Below are positions 29,401-36,037 of a stretch of DNA of 38,264 bases, piece by piece (within the stretch, counting starts at the first letter, position 1; the number at the start of each line of letters is the position of its first letter). Source of the stretch: Clostridia bacterium (lineage in GTDB: Bacteria; Bacillota; Clostridia; UMGS1883); the NCBI GenBank assembly GCA_036307325.1, contig JAXJXW010000034.1:1-38264 (forward strand), written 5' to 3'. The notes under the pieces were generated by a model. That model was not told the origin of the DNA. It saw only the letters and a list, made by a program, of their open reading frames with translations, and ran no database searches. A program made the position numbers and the translations under genes.

Positions 29401-29971
29401 CTTTTTTGTTACAGACGAAGAAAAATCTGCATTTACTGATATTTTAAATCATTGGGCATCTGATGCTATAGAATATGTTTACAATCATTCTATTATGCGG
29501 GGCGTAAGTGAAACTGCGTTTGCTCCTGATGATACTATGACAAGAGCAATGCTTGTAACCGTGCTTTACAGATTGGAAAACCCCACGGAAAAAGCAAAAG
29601 CACATAGCTTTACAGATGTTGAAGATGGAGCTTGGTATGCAGATGCGGTTAGCTGGGCTTTTGAAAACGCAATGGTAAGTGGCGTAACCGAAACGGAATT
29701 TGCCCCGAATGCAGATATTACCCGTGAGCAAATGGCAGCAGTAATGCACCGCTATGCACAGTATAAAAAGCAAGATACATCTATCGGGGAGGACACAAAT
29801 ATCCTCTCATATACAGATGCGGAGGAAATCTCTGAATATGCAATACCTGCTATGCAGTGGATAGTAGGCGCAGGGCTTATGAAGGGCGAAACAGAAGCTA
29901 CCATCAATCCCAAAAACAATTCTACACGCGCACAAGTATCTGCAATCCTTATGCGTTATTTAGAACAGTAA
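26420..29971 (+). CDS. SLH-anchored surface protein with an alpha/alpha-toroid (prenyltransferase/terpene-cyclase-like) domain, a DUF4430 (transcobalamin beta-like) domain and 3 SLH repeats
   Basis: 1183 aa with a signal peptide (..APISAFA|EE). Toroid repeats include ILGLAAIGKNPE, QKDDGSWDEWG, QQTAEGTFSDG and ATEQSFRALIAF. The DUF4430 signature is ..GDNSGWLYKVNGKLPTVG..IKDKDTIVWYY. Three C-terminal SLH repeats begin FTDILNHWASDAIEY.., FTDVEDGAWYADAV.. and YTDAEEISEYAIPAMQW... Confidence 0.85.
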   Translation: MKTKRILSLLLVLCMLLSTAPISAFAEEITAAEAAVIYLTVNNKGVIATDTEGGIMANREVTVTDRDSNGYLTYDEALKAAHEAFNNEDGYIGGDYVTKLWGEQTSNILFFINNTGLTEGVGTSIISAGDRLTASLNKDDKTYADWYTFFDKSEETIEPNEEITLTLKGHPGMTGGDDTTLQGIEIGIWNEGEFSPIENAETDEGGNITISFPDTGIYYITADGTVEAEVTDYNLYDMSSMLESENSVPVYGVMDYTTGAVQMAYTAVDYGEGPYPAGEIKYVDFNEWENNQDGYNTLQSNTLISNCPIIAPVCILTVEENSAAGEDTPPTTDDEDTGKPDAPTDNEKKDYDIVIPGALEKIAAKYINNTDEWTVMDMGAYEIYAPQTEYALTDEARQAFINSAISTIKDPSWAFSPDTAIDKAILGLAAIGKNPELIYLVNSNTAISAIEKLNGVDKSSSAWNAPYTLAAYNQGDYDTDSYEKQLVDDLLAGQKDDGSWDEWGTIDTTANVIAGLSFYKDREDVSTAIEKAINYLSTQQTAEGTFSDGYNGSNSNSTAMVVIGLCAAGVDLINDDRFIKGENNIIDGLLSFLVENKNDFGFSYTDKEAVNNGATEQSFRALIAFMQTIKTGGAYNVYDFSGSEFTPAREKSNGSSSSAPSEPSGDNITVTMTIKADTGYWLKNYTTTIPKEGATVYHAFVKVCSANSITHQGAAQGYVSSITKGNKTLAEFDKGDNSGWLYKVNGKLPTVGLTEFPIKDKDTIVWYYAEDWTKDPSAGHYGGSSSVSQKTENNSVVTTTKVSGEKATVTATESSIKDAISNAEKNNTASIVIAPTDTKNATDITLDIPANSVKEIAESKGLTLSVETTAGNVAISNEALNAIAEQIGDKALNVVIKTKLADEASVSEKIISKEELKNASIVEITITSGDTSIHTFGGNSLSVNVPVNESTHKTGKTYKVHIISADGSVETAYGKCTEKDGKLSVEVQTNHLSTFFVTDEEKSAFTDILNHWASDAIEYVYNHSIMRGVSETAFAPDDTMTRAMLVTVLYRLENPTEKAKAHSFTDVEDGAWYADAVSWAFENAMVSGVTETEFAPNADITREQMAAVMHRYAQYKKQDTSIGEDTNILSYTDAEEISEYAIPAMQWIVGAGLMKGETEATINPKNNSTRAQVSAILMRYLEQ
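27466..28340 (+). other. Alpha/alpha-toroid domain segment of the 1183-aa protein (approximate)
   Basis: Repeated helical-hairpin motifs with D/N-G-(G/S)-W/F turns (DDGSWDEWG, AEGTFSDG). Paralogous to residues ~30-300 of the next ORF. Confidence 0.6.
28421..28735 (+). other. DUF4430-type domain segment (approximate)
   Basis: The segment runs ITVTMTIKADTG...SGWLYKVNGKLPTVGLTEFPIKDKDTIVWYYAEDW. It aligns by eye with the C-terminal domain of ORF 31647-32405 (SGWMYKVNGWFPNYGCSRYQLKEGDKVEWVY). Confidence 0.7.
29432..29968 (+). other. Three tandem S-layer homology (SLH) repeats
   Basis: Each repeat is ~55-60 aa and begins F/Y-TD, with the conserved G...G....F.P....TR(A/E)(Q/M) pattern. Confidence 0.85.
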
Positions 29972-29986
29972 AATTTTAGGCACTAT

Positions 29987-30027
29987 GCGAACAGTCAAAA
30001 AACTACTGCTCGCTTTTGCCCTTTTTT
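29987..30027 (+). terminator. Possible partial (attenuating) terminator between operon genes 1 and 2
   Basis: GCGAACAGT-(9 nt)-ACTGCTCGC pairs at 8 of 9 positions and is followed by TTTTGCCCTTTTTT. It sits in the 71-nt gap before the AAGGAG RBS of the next gene. Confidence 0.35.
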
Positions 30028-30042
30028 AAGGAGTTATAAAAA

Positions 30043-31632
30043 ATGAAGAAATCACTGTCATTTTTAATGTGCTTGATAATAATTTTCAGTCTGTCATCAC
30101 ATATCTTTGCGGCGGATATTGACGCAGTAAACAGTGCAGTGAATGACACTGCAAAATATCTGTATGAATCCGTGCCGGATCCTCAGGTCGGCTCCATAGG
30201 CGGAGAATGGGTAGTTTTGGGCCTTGCAAGAAGCGGAGCGGATATTCCTGATGAATATTTTGAAAATTATTATCAGACAGCAGAAAAATATATTAAGGAC
30301 TGCGGCGGAGTACTCCATGAAAAGAAATACACGGAATATTCAAGGGTTATACTTGCCTTAACTGCCATTGGGAAAAATCCTGCTGAGGTGGCGGGCTATA
30401 ACCTTATAGCACACCTTGAAGATTATGATAAAACAGTATGGCAAGGGATAAACGGTGCCATATTTGCTTTAATCGCTTTAGATAGCGGAGGCTTTATTCC
30501 TCAAAGCACAGTCAGAGAAAAATATGTCAATTATATTTTGGAAAAGCAAAATGATGATGGTGGTTGGGCTATGTCAGGAGATACTGCAGATGCTGATGTA
30601 ACGGCAATGGCATTGCAGGCACTCGCTAAGTATCAAGAAAATGAAAGGGTAAAAACTGCAATAGAAAAAGCACTTTTGCTTATGTCTCGCAGTCAGAACG
30701 AAAACGGGGGCTTTTCAAGTCAGGAAGCTGAATACTCCGAAAGCTGTGCACAAATGATTGTTGCCCTTTGCGAACTGGGAATATCCCCGGAGGATTCTCG
30801 CTTTATCAAAAACGGGAATACAATACTTGATTGTATGCTTACATACTATGAAAAAGGCAATGGATTTAAGCATACAAAAGACGGTACGGCAAATCAAATG
30901 GCGACTGAGCAATGCTTTTATTCACTTGCGGCGATAAAACGCTTCAATGAAGGGAAAAACAGTCTTTACAGTATGAGTGATGCAATTTCTGTTTCAGATA
31001 GCGGCATGGCAGAATACGGTCTTTACGGGAAAAACCCCGATGTTCAGAAAATGAATGTAGTACATGCGGGAAAAACCTTTGAAGATATAAGAGAACATAG
31101 TAACAAATCAGCAATTGAAGCACTTGCAGAGAAAAACATAATCAATGGCAAAACAGAAAACCTGTTTGACCCTCAAAGCACAATGACAAGGGCAGAGTTT
31201 GCCACAATAGTTGTGAGAGGGCTTGGTTTGCCTGTAAAAGGGGAATCCTTCTTTGCAGATGTGGCGGAGAATGATTGGTTTTTTGATTATGTAAATACTG
31301 CGTACTCCTATGGCATAATAAAGGGAGTATCGGATACCGAATTTAATCCCAACGGAACAATTACCCGTGAGGAAGCCGCCGTAATGGCTGCAAGGGCGGC
31401 AACGCTCTGTGGCATGAATACAGAGGTTGAAGTATTTGAGGCACGGGATATTTTAGCGGGCTTTTTGGATTATGTAAAGGCTTCTGATTGGGCGATAGGT
31501 GCTCTTGCCTTCTGTTATGATAAGGGAATACTTTCCGATGATACAATGGAAATAAAGCCGAAGGAAGCTGTTTCAAGAGCAGAAATTGCACAGATGCTTT
31601 ACAATATGCTTTCGCTGTCAAGACTCATTTAG
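30043..31632 (+). CDS. SLH-anchored alpha/alpha-toroid protein (toroid-only paralogue of the upstream gene)
   Basis: 529 aa with a signal peptide (..SSHIFA|AD). Toroid motifs include GGEWVVLGLARSG, ILALTAIGKNPAE, QNDDGGWAMSG, QNENGGFSS and ATEQCFYSLAAI. SLH repeats run from about nt 31078 (FEDIREHSNKSAIEALAE.., FADVAENDWFFDYV.., FLDYVKASDWAIGAL..). Confidence 0.85.
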   Translation: MKKSLSFLMCLIIIFSLSSHIFAADIDAVNSAVNDTAKYLYESVPDPQVGSIGGEWVVLGLARSGADIPDEYFENYYQTAEKYIKDCGGVLHEKKYTEYSRVILALTAIGKNPAEVAGYNLIAHLEDYDKTVWQGINGAIFALIALDSGGFIPQSTVREKYVNYILEKQNDDGGWAMSGDTADADVTAMALQALAKYQENERVKTAIEKALLLMSRSQNENGGFSSQEAEYSESCAQMIVALCELGISPEDSRFIKNGNTILDCMLTYYEKGNGFKHTKDGTANQMATEQCFYSLAAIKRFNEGKNSLYSMSDAISVSDSGMAEYGLYGKNPDVQKMNVVHAGKTFEDIREHSNKSAIEALAEKNIINGKTENLFDPQSTMTRAEFATIVVRGLGLPVKGESFFADVAENDWFFDYVNTAYSYGIIKGVSDTEFNPNGTITREEAAVMAARAATLCGMNTEVEVFEARDILAGFLDYVKASDWAIGALAFCYDKGILSDDTMEIKPKEAVSRAEIAQMLYNMLSLSRLI

Positions 31633-31646
31633 GAAGTGATTTTAAA

Positions 31647-32405
31647 ATGGCAAAACACAAAAACAAAATTATTGCAGGCTTAATTATTGCAGCAGCTTTG
31701 GCATTTGCATTTTTGTGGGGCGGCAATTCTCCCGCCATCAAAAATGAGAATCTGCCGGAAAAGGAAAGCGCAAATATAACCGAGACCCAGGCAGAGCCTT
31801 CCTCAGAATTGCCTGAAAAGGAGGAAGAAAAAAATGATGATTTGCAAGCCTTTGTCAATGAACCCTCCCACACTCAGGACAGTATTGAGGAAAGCGAAGC
31901 AGCTGTAAAAGATGCCCCGCAAAAAGATGAATATCAAACCGAGCCTATACCTGAGGGGAAACCTGTACCTATTGAGCCTGAAAATACAGTTATTTCTCAT
32001 AAGGAACTAACCTGTACAATGTCAGTCAGATGTGATGCAATACTTAAGAATATTGCTTTGCTTGATAAGGCAAAGGTGGAGCTTGTGCCGAAAGACGGCA
32101 TAATCTATGGGGAACAATCGGTTACCTTCTATGAGGGAGAAAGTGTTTTTAATGTGCTTGTGCGTGAAATGAAGCGTAACAAAATACACATGAAATTTGA
32201 AAACACACCCGTTTATAACAGTGCATATATAGAAGGCATTGGTAATTTGTATGAGTTTGACTGCGGCGAGCTTTCCGGCTGGATGTATAAGGTTAACGGT
32301 TGGTTCCCCAATTACGGCTGCTCCCGCTATCAGCTCAAAGAGGGCGACAAGGTTGAGTGGGTATATACCTGCGATTTGGGAGCAGATGTAGGCAAGGAAC
32401 GGTAA
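31647..32405 (+). CDS. Membrane-anchored DUF4430 (transcobalamin beta-like) domain protein
   Basis: 252 aa with an N-terminal TM anchor (IIAGLIIAAALAFAFLWGG) and an acidic, Pro/Glu-rich linker. The C-terminal DUF4430 domain starts at about nt 32007 (..ELSGWMYKVNGWFPNYGCSRYQLKEGDKVEWVYTCDLG). Confidence 0.8.
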   Translation: MAKHKNKIIAGLIIAAALAFAFLWGGNSPAIKNENLPEKESANITETQAEPSSELPEKEEEKNDDLQAFVNEPSHTQDSIEESEAAVKDAPQKDEYQTEPIPEGKPVPIEPENTVISHKELTCTMSVRCDAILKNIALLDKAKVELVPKDGIIYGEQSVTFYEGESVFNVLVREMKRNKIHMKFENTPVYNSAYIEGIGNLYEFDCGELSGWMYKVNGWFPNYGCSRYQLKEGDKVEWVYTCDLGADVGKER

Positions 32406-32413
32406 ATGATCAA

Positions 32414-33301
32414 ATGAATGAGTTTAAAACATATCACCCTATTGTTAATTTTGTGTATTTCATATTTGTAATTGGATTTTCATGTGTTTTTATGCACCCT
32501 ATATGCCTTTTGATTTCTCTTTTATCGGGATTCACATATTCTGTAATGCTCAGTGGAAAAGGGTCAGTCAAGAAAAAACTTATTTACATGATACCAATAC
32601 TGCTTTTTGCGGCACTTATAAATCCCGCATTTAACCACGAGGGTGTAACAATTATCAAATATCTGCCAAACGGCAATCCGCTGACTTTGGAATCTGTTGT
32701 ATACGGGCTTGCGGCGGCAACAATGATTGTGAGCGTCATATGCTGGTTTAGTTGCTATACGAATGTTATGACAAGTGATAAATTTATTTACTTGTTTGGG
32801 AAGGTTATTCCGTCAATGTCACTTATTATATCTATGACACTTCGGTTTGTACCAAGATTTTCCTCGCAGCTTAAGGTAGTAACAAATGCTCAGCGGTGTC
32901 TGGGGCGGGATGTGTCCGGCGGCAGTATAGTGCAGAGGGCAAAACACGGACTTACCATTCTTTCCATAATGACAACATGGGCACTGGAGAACGCAATAGA
33001 AACTGCGGACAGTATGAAATCCCGTGGATACGGTCACCCGGGAAGAACGGCGTTCTCAATCTTTACCTTTGATAAAAGAGATAAAAAAGCTCTTTTATGT
33101 ATTGTGATATTGGGAATATATACACTTGCAGGCAGCTTCTCTGGAGAAATGCACTTCAGATATTTTCCTTCACTGCAAGTAAGCGGTTTTTCCATATTTG
33201 GGATTAGTGTATTTGTTGCATATCTTGCACTTTGTATATGCCCCATAATAATTGAAGCTTGGGAGGTGATAAAATGGAAAGCTATAAAATCGAAAACTTA
33301 A
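32414..33301 (+). CDS. ecfT: ECF transporter transmembrane (T) component, EcfT/CbiQ family
   Basis: Multi-TM protein whose coupling-helix motifs end in RG/LG (NAQRCLGRD and ENAIETADSMKSRGYG). The ATG at 32414 is 8 nt after the upstream stop. The track extension (32357) overlaps the previous gene. Confidence 0.8.
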   Translation: MNEFKTYHPIVNFVYFIFVIGFSCVFMHPICLLISLLSGFTYSVMLSGKGSVKKKLIYMIPILLFAALINPAFNHEGVTIIKYLPNGNPLTLESVVYGLAAATMIVSVICWFSCYTNVMTSDKFIYLFGKVIPSMSLIISMTLRFVPRFSSQLKVVTNAQRCLGRDVSGGSIVQRAKHGLTILSIMTTWALENAIETADSMKSRGYGHPGRTAFSIFTFDKRDKKALLCIVILGIYTLAGSFSGEMHFRYFPSLQVSGFSIFGISVFVAYLALCICPIIIEAWEVIKWKAIKSKT

Positions 33302-35925
33302 GCTTTGTATATCCCAACAGAGCTAATAAAGCACTTGATAATATTAGTATTACCGTCAATCAGGGTGAATTTATAACCTTATGCGGCAAATCAGGCTGCG
33401 GAAAGACAACACTTCTTCGGCTTCTCAAAAGCTCTCTTTCCCCATATGGAGCTTTAAGCGGAAGCATATATTTTGAAGGGAGTATTTTATCCGAAATAGA
33501 TTCAAAAGACCAAGCCGCAAAAATCGGCTTTGTAATGCAAGCGTGCGATAATCAGATTGTGACGGATAAGGTGTGGCATGAGCTTGCCTTCGGTTTGGAA
33601 AGCCTGGGATATTCCACGCCCGAAATCCGAACAAGAGTATCTGAAATGGCATCATTTTTCGGTATAGAGAATTGGTTTCATAAAAAAGTAACGGAGCTTT
33701 CAGGGGGTCAGAAGCAGCTTTTAAATCTTGCCTCGGTTATGGTTATGCAGCCAAGCGTGCTTATTCTGGATGAGCCTACAAGTCAGCTTGACCCTATTGC
33801 GGCACAGGAGTTTTTAAAAACACTGGAAAAGATAAATCATGAGCTTGGTACAACGGTGATTTTATCGGAACACCGCCTTGAGGAGGCTTTCCCAATCTCC
33901 CACAGGATAGTTGTTATGGATAAGGGCAAAATTATTGCAGATGGCACTGTGCAAAAGGTCGGCGAGATATTAAAATCACAAAATCACCATATGTATTTAG
34001 CGCTTCCTGCGCCAATGCGTGTTTACGGCGCATTGGAGAATGGCCATGAATATCCCATTACCGTTCGTGACGGAAGAGCATGGCTTGAAAACTATTCAGA
34101 AAGCCATATGCTGAACAGTGGGGCAATACCAAAAACAATCGGTGATACTTTTTCACCCACTGTTATTGAAGTGAAAGACGCCTTCTTCAGATATGAAAAA
34201 AATTCGCCTGATGTTATAAAAGGATTGAATGTGCAAATAAACAGGGGAGAGCTGTTTTCAATTGTCGGCGGAAACGGAACAGGCAAAACAACGGCACTGT
34301 CGCTTATAAGCGGGCTTAATGCACCCCAGCGGGGAGAAGTTTTAATAAACGGCGAAAGCATTTCTAAGGTGAAAAATTTATATAACGGTATTTTAGGAGT
34401 ACTGCCCCAAAATCCCCAGAGCGTGTTTGTTAAAAAAACAGTTTATCTTGATCTCTTAGAAATACTGTCGGATAAAAAAATATCAAAAGAAGAAAAAGAA
34501 AGCAGGATCAGGAATATATCTCAGCTTTGCAGAATAGAAAATTTGCTTGACTGCCACCCGTATGATTTGTCAGGCGGTGAGCAGCAGCGTGCGGCACTTG
34601 CAAAGGTGCTTCTGATGTCACCCGAAATTCTTTTGCTTGACGAGCCAACAAAGGGGCTTGACGCACATTTTAAACAGATTTTTGCCGATATTTTAGCCGA
34701 TTTAAAATCTAATGGTGTCACCATTGTGGCGGTGTCCCACGATATAGAATTTTGTGCGGAATTTTCTGACAGATGTGCTATGTTTTTTGATGGGAATATT
34801 ACATCTGTGGGTAAACCGAGAGAATTTTTTGCAGGGAAGAATTTTTATACCACCTCCGCAAACAGAATGGCAAGAACAATTCTTCCAAAGGCTGTGCTTG
34901 CAGAGGATATAATACTTGCCTGCGGCGGCAAAGTGCGGGATAGACAAAACAGAAAGGCTTTATCAATCACCTTGCCTGAAAATGATAAAACCGAAAAACA
35001 TAAGGTAAATAATAAAAAATTTCCCATGTCAAGAATTGTCATGGGAAGCATATTTGTTTTGTTATTTTTGATCATATCAGTTTTTCAGCTTTTAGCTAAA
35101 AAACCTTTATCCGCAGACATTTTTCAGTTGATTTCCATTGTGGAAATTGCGGGAGCTTTTATCTGCTTTTTCCCCCAAAGAGAATTTGGCACAGAGTTTA
35201 TCGGAAAGCCGCAAAATAAACAAAGCCTATCAAAACGAACAGCAGTGGCAGCACTTCTCATACTGCTTGCAATACCGCTTACTATCTACATTGGAATATT
35301 TTATTTAGGTGACAGAAAGTATTATTTTATCAGCCTTTTAATTATCATTGAAACTATGATACCCTTTTGTATGGTCTTTGAAAGCAGAAAACCTCAGGCG
35401 AGAGAGCTTGTTATTATAAGTGTTCTTTGTGCTATTGCAGTTGCGGGCAGGACGGCATTTTTTATGGTTCCGCAATTTAAGCCTGTTGTGGCACTTGTAA
35501 TAATTGCAGGAGTTTGTTTCGGCGGTGAAACGGGATTTTTGGTTGGTGCGGTAACGGGCTTTGTATCTAACTTCTTTTTCGGGCAAGGCCCTTGGACCCC
35601 ATGGCAAATGTTTGCTTTCGGTATAATAGGATTTATTGCGGGCATACTTTTCCGCAAAGGCTTTTTGCGAAAAACAAAACTGTCCTTGTGTATTTTCGGA
35701 GCATTTGCCACACTTGTTATATACGGAGGCATTATGACCCCAGCAACTGTAATTATGTCCCAGGATAAGCTGAATTTAGCAATGATTAAGGCGGCCTTTA
35801 TATCCGGCATACCCTTTGATTTAATTCATGCTGCATCAACAGCATTTTCCCTCTGGTTTATCTCTGAACCAATGATTGATAAATTGGATAGAATTAAAGT
35901 GAAGTATGGCTTGATTGAGAGATAA
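33274..35925 (+). CDS. Fusion of two ECF-type ABC ATPase domains (EcfA-EcfA') with a C-terminal polytopic membrane domain resembling an ECF S component
   Basis: The first ATPase domain has GKSGCGKTT, LSGGQKQ and LILDEPTSQLD. The second has GGNGTGKTT, LSGGEQQ and LLLDEPTKGLD. From nt 35026 there are ~9-10 predicted TM helices, including a Gly-rich S-component-like core (GVCFGGETGFLVGAVTGFVSNFFFGQGPWTPWQMFAFGIIGFIAG). The GGGAGGTG RBS lies before the ATG at 33274. The gene overlaps ecfT by 28 nt. Confidence 0.8.
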   Translation: MESYKIENLSFVYPNRANKALDNISITVNQGEFITLCGKSGCGKTTLLRLLKSSLSPYGALSGSIYFEGSILSEIDSKDQAAKIGFVMQACDNQIVTDKVWHELAFGLESLGYSTPEIRTRVSEMASFFGIENWFHKKVTELSGGQKQLLNLASVMVMQPSVLILDEPTSQLDPIAAQEFLKTLEKINHELGTTVILSEHRLEEAFPISHRIVVMDKGKIIADGTVQKVGEILKSQNHHMYLALPAPMRVYGALENGHEYPITVRDGRAWLENYSESHMLNSGAIPKTIGDTFSPTVIEVKDAFFRYEKNSPDVIKGLNVQINRGELFSIVGGNGTGKTTALSLISGLNAPQRGEVLINGESISKVKNLYNGILGVLPQNPQSVFVKKTVYLDLLEILSDKKISKEEKESRIRNISQLCRIENLLDCHPYDLSGGEQQRAALAKVLLMSPEILLLDEPTKGLDAHFKQIFADILADLKSNGVTIVAVSHDIEFCAEFSDRCAMFFDGNITSVGKPREFFAGKNFYTTSANRMARTILPKAVLAEDIILACGGKVRDRQNRKALSITLPENDKTEKHKVNNKKFPMSRIVMGSIFVLLFLIISVFQLLAKKPLSADIFQLISIVEIAGAFICFFPQREFGTEFIGKPQNKQSLSKRTAVAALLILLAIPLTIYIGIFYLGDRKYYFISLLIIIETMIPFCMVFESRKPQARELVIISVLCAIAVAGRTAFFMVPQFKPVVALVIIAGVCFGGETGFLVGAVTGFVSNFFFGQGPWTPWQMFAFGIIGFIAGILFRKGFLRKTKLSLCIFGAFATLVIYGGIMTPATVIMSQDKLNLAMIKAAFISGIPFDLIHAASTAFSLWFISEPMIDKLDRIKVKYGLIER

Positions 35926-35976
35926 ATGTGGCTCTTAAAAATTTTCAAAGCTGATTGTGACAATACCACCAATATA

Positions 35977-36004
35977 GTAGGGGCGATTCGTGAATCGCCC
36001 CTAC
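35977..36004. terminator. Hairpin between the convergent ECF operon and copA
   Basis: GTAGGGGCGATT-cgtg-AATCGCCCCTAC is a GC-rich 12-bp perfect stem. There is no clean U-tract on either strand. Confidence 0.5.
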
Positions 36005-36037
36005 AAGCGTTTGTGCATTTTCTGAAGCCCATGGTAG

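Noticed and set aside
26420-31632. Reading the two toroid proteins as genuine prenyltransferases or terpene cyclases (an isoprenoid pathway)
   Set aside because: Both have signal peptides and SLH wall anchors, so they are extracytoplasmic. They lack obvious DxDD or DDxxD catalytic motifs on inspection, sit behind a B12 riboswitch and are flanked by DUF4430 and ECF genes. A binding role fits better than an enzymatic one, though this still needs structural confirmation.
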